Positions 56,846 to 64,000 of a DNA stretch of 64,000 nucleotides are shown here, one piece after another. The DNA is from an uncultured virus (IMG/VR IMGVR_UViG_3300037112_000155). Its lineage: Duplodnaviria; Heunggongvirae; Uroviricota; Caudoviricetes. The stretch is from positions 1-64,000 of IMG/VR virus record IMGVR_UViG_3300037112_000155. One strand, 5' to 3'. The first letter of the stretch is position 1. Every line of letters begins with the position of its first letter. The notes beneath the pieces are model-generated. The model was not told the DNA's origin. It searched no databases and worked only from the letters and a program-made list of their open reading frames with translations. Position numbers and translations under genes: made by a program.

Positions 56846-58972
56846 TTAGTAGCTCCTGAATCGAGTCCGGGAAGTCTGCGGGTTGCCGTACTGCGAACCT
56901 CCCCGCGAGGCTCCCTGGAAGACTCCGGTCCGGGAGGGTACGCGTCCGTTGGAACTGGCAGCGCCGCCTCCGGTGGGGGCGGCAATGTAGCTGCCCTTGG
57001 AGAGGTACATCAGCCGGTATTTCTCCTGCAGCGATGTTCCCGTCTGGGCAGCAGTAACGCGGGAAGGAACCCCGGACGCCTGACGGCGGAGTTGCCGGTT
57101 TTGCTCAATCCGCGCGGCTGGACTCTGTTCTGGATCGTCCGCTGCCGCCGGCTGGGTATTGACCACAGTTGCCGGCAGTCCCCAGCCTGACACGTGCGCG
57201 ATCTGTACCAAACGCCGGATGGATTCTTTGGTGTGCCAGAGGCCGTAGTTCAGCTCGATCCCCAGCATCGACAGCATGCAGGCGTCGAGGTCATGGTCGC
57301 CAGATTCGGAGTCGGTGATGTAGGTGTCGGCTGCGCCGCCCTTGGTCCAGGTCTTGACCCGGTAGCCGCGGAGCTGCTCTTCGAGGGTGTTGTACTCGCG
57401 CGAGATCTCGACCAGGCCGGCTTCGAAGGCCATGACCATGCCTTCAACCATGAAGGGTTTGGTGCGGCGCTTCAGAATGTCGTCCTTCGGATCGGCCAGG
57501 TACTTGGAATTGGGGTCCCGGTTGGGGACGATGGCGTTGGTTTCGAGCTTGGCGCCGAAGTCGATGACCTTGATGTACTTCAGCTTGGCGGTGTCAGGGT
57601 CGAAGGTGCCGGCGGCGACGCCGATCTCCTTGATCAACTCGTCCTGGACAAAGCCGAACCCCGCGTCCACGTACACGTAGTCGCAGTGCCACATCTTGTT
57701 GATCTCGACGATGCGGGCCATGGACTTGCGGGTCGTCGACTTGGGGTCGTCGATGGTCTCGTGATGCACCACTCTCCGCTTGCGGGTCGAAGGATCGTAC
57801 TGGGTGACCACGATGCGGGTGCCGGTGCCTTTGCCGTTCCAGTCGATGCCCATCACATGGTTCTTGTCCGGGGAGTACATCGAAGACCGCATGGTGAACG
57901 GCATCATCGCCGCGTCGACGAAGGCGCTCTTGAAGAGCCCGGCCTCGGGATCGCCGAACTCGGCCAGCCACTCATGGCGATAGCGGTCCATGGTCTTGGC
58001 TTCGGCCAAGCAGGCCTCTTCATTGAGAGTTTCACTGCCCCAGTCCGGGTGATCCATGACCGGGTGGAAGAACTCCTGGTACTCGGCCAGCTTGTTGCAC
58101 ATCTGCCAGTACATCTCGCGCTTGCCGGTCGGCGTCGAGGAACCGTGGAAGGTGACGTTCTTGAAGCGCCGCAACAGCGGCATGATCGCCTGGTAATCCT
58201 TGTCGGCGAGAAAGTCCTGCTCCTCGAGCCGGATGCGGCGCGGGGATTGCGATCGAATGGAGTCAGCGCCCTTACCGGACTTCGATCCGGCGGTGAAGAT
58301 GGTCAGGACCGAGCCATTGCCGAAGCGGATCATGGCGTACGGCTGCTGTTTCTTCTGCAGGATCTCGAACTCACGGGTCGGCGAGTTCTCGACCTGGAAG
58401 TTGATCTCATCCCACCACAACTGAGCTTGCGCGGCCGATGGACAGAGCACCAGGGTCTGGGTGTTCTTGTTGTTGCAGAGGAAGTGCATCTCCTCCACCA
58501 CGCCGCTCATGGTCTTGCCCAGGCCGCGGCCCCAACGGTCGATCTTGCGTGGCGAGGTGCAGCGCAGAGCTTCTTCCTGGTAGAAACGGGGGATGAAAGA
58601 GACGATGTCGCCGTCGTCATTCTTGACGACGATGTGGCGTGAGCCCCAGAACGCGGGATCATAGATCTCCCGGATCTCGTCGATCGACATCTCCTCGCCG
58701 TCGGCGTGCATGCGCGCCTTCGCCGCCTCATAATCAGGGGTGTCGTAGACGCCAAAGCACTTGATGACGAAGGGCTTGCCTGGATGCTTGGTGCGGTAGT
58801 GCTCCTGGCAGTTCTGGCACTGGGCGCACTGCATCCGCCGAATGATGCCAGCTTTGTCGCTGCCCTCGGCGTGTTCTTTCTGATCGCGTTTGATGGCGTT
58901 GGCGAGAAAGGACCGATCTTCCTCAGAAAGACCGGCCACAAGATCGGCCAACGGAACGAATCCAGTGCTCAC
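56846..58972 (-). CDS. terL: terminase large subunit (708 aa)
   Basis: PRFYQ, Walker A GRGLGKT, Walker B-like IRLEEQD, SSTPTG, nuclease MGIDWNG, VDAGFG and DHDLDA. Confidence 0.92.
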   Translation of the reverse strand: MSTGFVPLADLVAGLSEEDRSFLANAIKRDQKEHAEGSDKAGIIRRMQCAQCQNCQEHYRTKHPGKPFVIKCFGVYDTPDYEAAKARMHADGEEMSIDEIREIYDPAFWGSRHIVVKNDDGDIVSFIPRFYQEEALRCTSPRKIDRWGRGLGKTMSGVVEEMHFLCNNKNTQTLVLCPSAAQAQLWWDEINFQVENSPTREFEILQKKQQPYAMIRFGNGSVLTIFTAGSKSGKGADSIRSQSPRRIRLEEQDFLADKDYQAIMPLLRRFKNVTFHGSSTPTGKREMYWQMCNKLAEYQEFFHPVMDHPDWGSETLNEEACLAEAKTMDRYRHEWLAEFGDPEAGLFKSAFVDAAMMPFTMRSSMYSPDKNHVMGIDWNGKGTGTRIVVTQYDPSTRKRRVVHHETIDDPKSTTRKSMARIVEINKMWHCDYVYVDAGFGFVQDELIKEIGVAAGTFDPDTAKLKYIKVIDFGAKLETNAIVPNRDPNSKYLADPKDDILKRRTKPFMVEGMVMAFEAGLVEISREYNTLEEQLRGYRVKTWTKGGAADTYITDSESGDHDLDACMLSMLGIELNYGLWHTKESIRRLVQIAHVSGWGLPATVVNTQPAAADDPEQSPAARIEQNRQLRRQASGVPSRVTAAQTGTSLQEKYRLMYLSKGSYIAAPTGGGAASSNGRVPSRTGVFQGASRGGSQYGNPQTSRTRFRSY

Positions 58973-58985
58973 AAGTTGTCCTGTA

Positions 58986-59402
58986 TTAGCCGGTGCGGCG
59001 AACCTTCAACGTCAGGGTTCCCGTGCCAGACCATGCGGATACGGCGAAGAGAAACGAACCTCCGCCGAGCAGCTGGTTGTTCTCGGCAAAGCCGGCATAG
59101 AGGTTGCTGCTCTTGAGCGTGCTTACCCCGGGGAAGACTGCCAGCGGAGTCACGCCGTCGGCCGCCAACACCGTGATCGTGCAACCGGTGTGCAGGTCGC
59201 TGAAGGTGGCCACCAGCTCGATCGCGTTGGCATCGACAGGGATGGCTGCGGATGTCTGGTCGCCAGTGACAGCGTTGAACACGAGGAAGCCGTCGTTATA
59301 CCGCGCAGGCAGGTCGCCTACACCAAAGCCAGGAGGCATCGCCCCGAACATCGGGTGAGGGGTATTGAGCACGTTGCGCTTGAAATCCAGGTAGTCGCCC
59401 AT
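58986..59402 (-). CDS. hypothetical beta-rich protein (138 aa, starts MGDYLD)
   Basis: GGAG upstream; ORF fills the gap before terL. Confidence 0.55.
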   Translation of the reverse strand: MGDYLDFKRNVLNTPHPMFGAMPPGFGVGDLPARYNDGFLVFNAVTGDQTSAAIPVDANAIELVATFSDLHTGCTITVLAADGVTPLAVFPGVSTLKSSNLYAGFAENNQLLGGGSFLFAVSAWSGTGTLTLKVRRTG

Positions 59403-59430
59403 GAGTAGGAACTCCAATTTGAAGGGTTTG

Positions 59431-59498
59431 GTCGAAAAGCGTTATCGGCGGTCGAAAACCGCTATGAATCCGCTCTTCGAGTCGAAGACTGTTATCGG
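59431..59498. repeat. three imperfect direct repeats GTCGAA(A/G)A-N2-G-N-TAT plus a palindrome
   Basis: Copies start at 59431, 59451 and 59481; TCTTCGA-G-TCGAAGA at 59474-59488. Confidence 0.6.
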
Positions 59499-60016
59499 TG
59501 CATCAGGGCAGCTTCCTGTCCCAGGTAACGACGGGAGGCGGAGGTGGCTCCGCTCATCTCGTAAAGGGCGTAGTTGCGCATCTGGCGCGCGGTGTCGGTG
59601 TCCTGGTAGCTGCCACCGAACTCGAGGTGGTGAACCTGGCGCCCGGCCGCGGTGAGAGACCGGATGCTGCGATTGATCGAATTGCCGATCATCACGTCGG
59701 GGTAGATCGAAGCCAACACGGCAAAGGCTCCAATGCCCGGGACCGAGAGACCTAGCGCGGTGGCCGCCATCGCGCCGCCGGCGGCGAGCGCGCCGCTGAG
59801 CGCGGGGAAGGTCATCAGGCCTACGGTGCGGCCCAGGGCGGTGGGCAAAACCTCGCCCCTCTGGGCATGCCCTGCTTCATACGCGATCATCGGGACGCCC
59901 GCGGCGATTCCGATACCGCTCAGCTTCATGCCTGACCAGAACGCACGCGACGGAGCCATGCGCATCGACTGCGCTGCTCCGTTGAGTCCATCCCGGGATG
60001 CCTGGTTCAGGAGCAT
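59492..60016 (-). CDS. Gly/Ala-rich membrane-type protein (174 aa)
   Basis: Hydrophobic Gly-zipper helices; TAATG coupling. Confidence 0.6.
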   Translation of the reverse strand: MLLNQASRDGLNGAAQSMRMAPSRAFWSGMKLSGIGIAAGVPMIAYEAGHAQRGEVLPTALGRTVGLMTFPALSGALAAGGAMAATALGLSVPGIGAFAVLASIYPDVMIGNSINRSIRSLTAAGRQVHHLEFGGSYQDTDTARQMRNYALYEMSGATSASRRYLGQEAALMHR

Positions 60017-60741
60017 TAGTGCCTACGCGCGTTGAGACCGAAGACCAGATCTCCTGTCGCATTCATCGACTGCATCCGCTCTCGAGGTCCCGCGGTTGCC
60101 TCGTAGCTGCCGCGGCCATCGCTTACGGCGGTGTCATCAGCGGCATAAGACTGTTCGTGGGTGAAAGCGTGCGCTGCTGCAGTAACGCCGATCGCTGCGC
60201 CGGCAATCAAGGCTGCTTTGCCAACCCGAGGTGTCTTGCTCCAGCTCTTGGCCATGTTCCGGCCGCTACGCAGTGCCAGACCTGCAGCTCCGCCTGCGAC
60301 CATCCCCATCGCGGCGCCCGCGGCGGGGTTGTCTTTGTCCATCTGGGCCCCGACGAGCCCGCCGAGTCCCATACCGATCGCGGTAGGAACGATGGGGTGT
60401 TTCAGAAAGGTATTGGCTATCCCCGTTTCCCGGGTCGCTGCGGTAAAGGACTTGCCTCCCGCTTCGACAGCACCGGTCGCGGCCTTGTAGCCGCCCTTCC
60501 AAAGCGTTCCCTTGGCGGCGTAGACTCCAGCTCCGACTCCGGCCAGAATCAGGCCAGCGCCAACCGCATGATGAGCCGCCAGGCCTGCGCGAGTGGTGGG
60601 TGAAGCGTCCTGATGCTGACTGCTGCCGCGTGCCGCTCCAATGGCGATGCCGCCGGCGCCGGCGGCCGCGGCGGCGACGAAGATGCCCTTGGATTTCAGG
60701 AACTGCGCTGCCTTGGTGCCGGCAAAGACGGGATCGGTCAT
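60016..60741 (-). CDS. Gly/Ala-rich membrane-type protein (241 aa)
   Basis: Several GxxxG helices. Confidence 0.6.
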   Translation of the reverse strand: MTDPVFAGTKAAQFLKSKGIFVAAAAAGAGGIAIGAARGSSQHQDASPTTRAGLAAHHAVGAGLILAGVGAGVYAAKGTLWKGGYKAATGAVEAGGKSFTAATRETGIANTFLKHPIVPTAIGMGLGGLVGAQMDKDNPAAGAAMGMVAGGAAGLALRSGRNMAKSWSKTPRVGKAALIAGAAIGVTAAAHAFTHEQSYAADDTAVSDGRGSYEATAGPRERMQSMNATGDLVFGLNARRH

Positions 60742-60744
60742 GGT

Positions 60745-61260
60745 TTACCCGTTCGGATTGGCACGCCAGAACGCGCGATCGGCTTCTGCCGCACCGCGGC
60801 TGCTCATCCGTTTGCCTACGGACCCCGCCGTCACAGCGGCGCTGGTGCTGCGCTGCTCCAATTCCATTGCGCCCAGACGAGCCTGCAGCATGCCGTTCTG
60901 CCACTTTCCGGAAGCCCAGCTCTTGGCTGAACTTACGCCATCGCGAAGAAGGCCGCCGTTATAGCTGGAACGGGCAGACTGGATGCCGCGGAAACCGGCG
61001 ACGCCCAGTACACCCAGGGCCGCGCCCTTGGCTGCTCCGCTCATATCGCCATCGCTGGCTGCGTAACCGGCCGCGCCACCTGCCGCGGCGCCCGCGCCCG
61101 CTGCAAGAGCGAACCCGGAACTCTTCAGGTGCATGCCACTGGAAACTTGTCGGGCGATGCCTGCAGCCCTTGATGCGCCTGCCGAATTCCACATGGAGGC
61201 GGCTTTCGTCATCCCACTGTCGAGGATATTGAGTGCTCTGTTAGCTGGAATCGATACCAT
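60745..61260 (-). CDS. Gly/Ala-rich membrane-type protein (171 aa)
   Basis: AGGAG SD directly after promoter copy 5; Gly-zipper helices. Confidence 0.6.
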   Translation of the reverse strand: MVSIPANRALNILDSGMTKAASMWNSAGASRAAGIARQVSSGMHLKSSGFALAAGAGAAAGGAAGYAASDGDMSGAAKGAALGVLGVAGFRGIQSARSSYNGGLLRDGVSSAKSWASGKWQNGMLQARLGAMELEQRSTSAAVTAGSVGKRMSSRGAAEADRAFWRANPNG

Positions 61261-61275
61261 TATTGATCTCCTAAA

Positions 61276-61293
61276 AGCTATCTAGTATAGGGA
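61276..61293 (-). promoter_or_regulatory. phage promoter motif, copy 5 (TCCCTATACTAGATAGCT)
   Basis: Repeated motif followed by AGGAG SD and ATG. Confidence 0.75.
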
Positions 61294-61452
61294 TCAGACC
61301 CCTCGGAGCTTGCGAGAGCCACTGGCGCGGGGACTGAAGGTCGCCGTCCCGGGGGTAAAGTTGCTGACGCCGGTCTTCATGACCTTGGTCGGGACGCGGA
61401 CAAGAGGGGAGGGGCGGACCTGGGTAGAGGTCCGCAGAGGGGATGTGGTCAT
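61294..61452 (-). CDS. possible small basic protein (52 aa, MTTSPLRT...)
   Basis: AGGTGA SD; fills the gap; below ORF-track cutoff; the only candidate gene ending in TGA. Confidence 0.3.
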   Translation of the reverse strand: MTTSPLRTSTQVRPSPLVRVPTKVMKTGVSNFTPGTATFSPRASGSRKLRGV

Positions 61453-61458
61453 GGTCAC

Positions 61459-61893
61459 CTATTTCGAGGGAACAACATTCAGCTTGCAGGGCAGTTGAGG
61501 CTGCCAGAAGTCGATACGGCTGTGGGTCTTCTGCGTCTTCTCGTCGGTCCAGACGGAGCAGACTCCAACCAGGGCTTCGCCAACGCTCTCTTTGTGGTCC
61601 CATTCCGAGGGAGCCGAGTCGTTGTAGAGATGGGTGTGGACGGTGCCAAACTCGAGCCCCAGGTTCTTGGCCTCGTTCTTCAGCGCCTGGTACTCGACGT
61701 CGTCGGAGTCGACGATCTCGGGACCCTGCTTGAGCAGCTTGAGCTTGATGAACTTGACGACGTGGAACTCACCAACGCCCCGGCGGACGAAGATAGCCTC
61801 CATATACTCTTTGTCCTTATGGAACGCAGCAACAGCGCGCCTTTTGAAGGTGCGCTGTTGGGTTGCGTCCACGAAGATATTCATGGCCTGCAT
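61459..61893 (-). CDS. stand-alone JAB/MPN (JAMM) metalloprotease (about 141-144 aa)
   Basis: N-terminal Glu (KEYME) plus GTVHTH...APSEWD, matching E...HxH-x7-S-x2-D. Confidence 0.75.
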   Translation of the reverse strand: MQAMNIFVDATQQRTFKRRAVAAFHKDKEYMEAIFVRRGVGEFHVVKFIKLKLLKQGPEIVDSDDVEYQALKNEAKNLGLEFGTVHTHLYNDSAPSEWDHKESVGEALVGVCSVWTDEKTQKTHSRIDFWQPQLPCKLNVVPSK

Positions 61894-61908
61894 CAGATTG
61901 TCTTTCTG

Positions 61909-62097
61909 CTAACGGGAAGGCTGGCCGGGCGGGATGTGGAAGTACGAATCGAGGATGTCGAAGACCTTGGTGACGTCGGCCTTTCCGTTCGTACAGAGTT
62001 TCTCAGCAATCTCCCATGCAGCGCGGTGGAAGAGTGGTACCTGGGAGGGGGAGATGTCTTCGACGATCTGACCCTCGATGACGCGGAACGAGTTCAT
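61909..62097 (-). CDS. small hypothetical protein (62 aa, starts MNSFRV)
   Basis: AGGAG SD overlapping the upstream TAG. Confidence 0.5.
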   Translation of the reverse strand: MNSFRVIEGQIVEDISPSQVPLFHRAAWEIAEKLCTNGKADVTKVFDILDSYFHIPPGQPSR

Positions 62098-62107
62098 GGG
62101 ACGGCTC

Positions 62108-63487
62108 CTACGCAGCGAGCTGCGCTTCTTCTTCCGGCTCGGGCCGGAAGTAGAACTTCCCGCCGACAACTGCCATGCGTGACGTGAACATGATGTGTTC
62201 GGGCAGCGCCTGGCGGCTCCAGGTGTCGACGTGAACGAGGGCAAACGACTGCTGATAGTTGGTCTTGCCGGGGACGTACTCCGCATCTACCTTGGCCATC
62301 GCGCCGGTGGTGAGCGCCCAGATGGGGCCCATCACTTCATTGACCGTCGAACTGAGCTTGGGCTTGTGGGTGTGGCCTCCGACTGAGCACATGGCGAACC
62401 CTTCGTCGCCGAAGTGGTTCACGATCACGGTCTCGTAATACTTCTTGTAGTTGCGCTTGACCTCTTCGTGCATCTCCTTGGCGTTGTACGCCGCGAAGTC
62501 GCTCTTGCAGATCAGGTTGATCCTGAAGTCGTCCAGCCCGAGCAGCTGCGAGAAGGTGACGCCCATCAGGTCGACGAGGACCTTCATGGCGGGAGAGCGA
62601 TCGGCGAGCAGCTTCAGAATGCGCTGTTCGTGGTTACCGATGATGAAATCGATCTGCGTATTCGGGCAGATCCTGCGCAAGGGCTTGAAGAACTGCTCGC
62701 GCACGAAGTCGTAACGTGCCCGGATGTTCACCTGCCGCGGATCCTGGTCGAAGCGGGAGAACTCGTACTCGTCGTACATGTCGCCATTGAGGACGATCAC
62801 ATCCGGCTGCACGCGCTTGGCGGTGTCCAGGAAGACAGACAGGACGAACGGGTCGGCCTCGACATCATGCAGATCGCTGCCGATCAGCATGGTCTTGATG
62901 CGGCCATCGGTCTGCTTGAGTTCGTACTTGCCGACCCAGGGCTTCACTTCTTCGAGGAAGAACTGGCGATAGACGTCGAGGGCGGCGTGGCGGGCGGTCT
63001 TCTTCTCCAGGTGATGCTGGCCGCGGGAGAGCTGCAGGCCAGCGCGCCGCTTGAACTCCTCGAACGTGCCGAAATGACAGTTCCAGGTACTGTCGCTGTA
63101 CTTGCCGTGCACGCGGTAGTAGTTGCGTGAGATGAACGAGTCGGAGTGGTTTTCCTGGACCAAGCGGAGATCGGCGATGCAATCTTCAGGCGTCGCGCTC
63201 CAGTCGGCCTTCTTCGAACGCTCGGACAGGATGGCGCGGGCATGGAGGCTCTTGACCGGAGCGGCCTTGGCCTTCTTGTCCGCGGCACGCTTGGTGGCAG
63301 CCTTGCGGGCGGCACTCTTGACGCCCTTCTTGCCTCCGGTGTGCTCTTTGATCCGCCGGTCAACAGTGTCGCGCGATACGTTGAACTTGATGGCGATCTG
63401 GTTGAAATCCTGCCCTGCAGCCACTTCCGCTGCAATCTGCTCGTAGGTGACGCCTGCTCTTGGCCTGCCGCGTTCGCGCTTCGACAT
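62108..63487 (-). CDS. calcineurin-like metallophosphoesterase with N-terminal HTH and HNH-associated-repeat-like domain (459 aa)
   Basis: SDLH, NGD, GNHE, NH and GHTH motifs; QIAIKFNVSRDTVDRRI HTH; YRVHGKYS...FGTFEEFKRRAGL repeat. Confidence 0.85.
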   Translation of the reverse strand: MSKRERGRPRAGVTYEQIAAEVAAGQDFNQIAIKFNVSRDTVDRRIKEHTGGKKGVKSAARKAATKRAADKKAKAAPVKSLHARAILSERSKKADWSATPEDCIADLRLVQENHSDSFISRNYYRVHGKYSDSTWNCHFGTFEEFKRRAGLQLSRGQHHLEKKTARHAALDVYRQFFLEEVKPWVGKYELKQTDGRIKTMLIGSDLHDVEADPFVLSVFLDTAKRVQPDVIVLNGDMYDEYEFSRFDQDPRQVNIRARYDFVREQFFKPLRRICPNTQIDFIIGNHEQRILKLLADRSPAMKVLVDLMGVTFSQLLGLDDFRINLICKSDFAAYNAKEMHEEVKRNYKKYYETVIVNHFGDEGFAMCSVGGHTHKPKLSSTVNEVMGPIWALTTGAMAKVDAEYVPGKTNYQQSFALVHVDTWSRQALPEHIMFTSRMAVVGGKFYFRPEPEEEAQLAA

Positions 63488-63509
63488 TGCTACCTCGTAA
63501 GAGAACTAA

Positions 63510-63533
63510 GCCGGGAGAGTGAACCCTCCCGGC
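63510..63533 (-). terminator. hairpin with pyrimidine-rich tail upstream of the phosphoesterase gene
   Basis: GCCGGGAG/CTCCCGGC stem followed by TTAGTTCTCTT on the minus strand. Confidence 0.4.
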
Positions 63534-63571
63534 CCGTATTCGGAGCAACCTTCTCTCCGTGTGGGGTATCG

Positions 63572-64000
63572 CTAAACTTGTGGTGAAACCGTTCCCTTGC
63601 GCAGCAGGTCCGCTCGTGCGGACTGTTTGCTGCTCAGGTCCTTCCCGGTTCCCTTGTTCTCCGCCTTCGCCTTCTTCCAGCGTTGTTCCGGAGTGAGCAT
63701 CCAATCCTTCAAGATCATCCTGCGCTGCGTCTGCAGCTGTACCAAAAGCTCGACGTTCGGATGGATGACTTTCTCCCACGAGATAGGCAACAGGGTCTCG
63801 GGGTGCACATCCTTCGGGTTGGTAACGGTGAGCCGGGCCTGCTCGCCCTTGTCGACGATGTGCAGGCAGCGCTGCTCCTGCAGGTCGAGCCAGCAGAGAT
63901 CAGAGATGGCGACGCGGTTGGACTCGTTGAGGGTATCGGGCTCGGTTTCCATCTCCCGGCACCAGGCCCCGAAGCGCTCTTCGACGATCTTGCGTTCGAT
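63572..64000 (-). CDS. probable terminase small subunit, 5'-truncated by the window edge
   Basis: Frame stays open to 64000 (IERKIVEERFGAWCREM...); HPNVELL...MILKDWMLTPEQR resembles the P27-family TerS nP...LTP..R pattern. Confidence 0.45.
   Translation of the reverse strand: MERKIVEERFGAWCREMETEPDTLNESNRVAISDLCWLDLQEQRCLHIVDKGEQARLTVTNPKDVHPETLLPISWEKVIHPNVELLVQLQTQRRMILKDWMLTPEQRWKKAKAENKGTGKDLSSKQSARADLLRKGTVSPQV

Noticed and set aside
1..64000. tRNA, rRNA, CRISPR array, integrase, intron/intein, DGR
   Set aside because: None recognised by eye; terminase, portal and capsid ORFs are uninterrupted and intergenic gaps are short. A covariance-model scan was not possible
1..64000. Bacterial contractile injection system or tailocin instead of a phage
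   Set aside because: Terminase, portal, protease and capsid genes are present
1..64000. Active TGA-to-amino-acid recoding
   Set aside because: Genes up to 1898 aa are open under code 11 and no gap needs read-through; only stop avoidance is supported

Overview
This 64 kb window is the virion-morphogenesis region of a large, GC-rich (about 60% by eye) contractile-tailed phage. Almost every gene is on the minus strand, tightly packed, with many TAATG stop/start overlaps. In transcription order (right to left): probable small terminase (cut by the window edge), HTH-metallophosphoesterase, stand-alone JAB/MPN protein, three Gly/Ala-rich membrane-type proteins, large terminase, portal, prohead protease/scaffold, decoration protein, Com-like zinc ribbon, major capsid protein, lysis genes, a block of Ser/Thr-rich fibre genes facing a lone plus-strand glycosyltransferase, neck genes, sheath, three tube paralogues, two chaperones, giant proteins, hub/lytic transglycosylase and baseplate genes. 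The main discovery sits in the tape-measure slot. A 1649-aa protein (16888-21837) carries, in order, the catalytic motifs of a single-chain two-barrel (DPBB) RNA polymerase: DG, K..K, RxP plus DxDGD 36 residues later, and G-x-L-S-N. It is preceded by a single-ring ClpB-type ATPase and a 1677-aa protein with an N-terminal DEDDh exonuclease and a degenerate SNase fold. I infer a virion-packaged RNAP/unfoldase/nuclease ejection cassette. Other signals are a five-copy promoter motif (CCTATACTAGAYAG), no TGA stop among 54 called genes, and structured leaders on key genes. All calls come from reading motifs and gene order by eye; no database searches were run.
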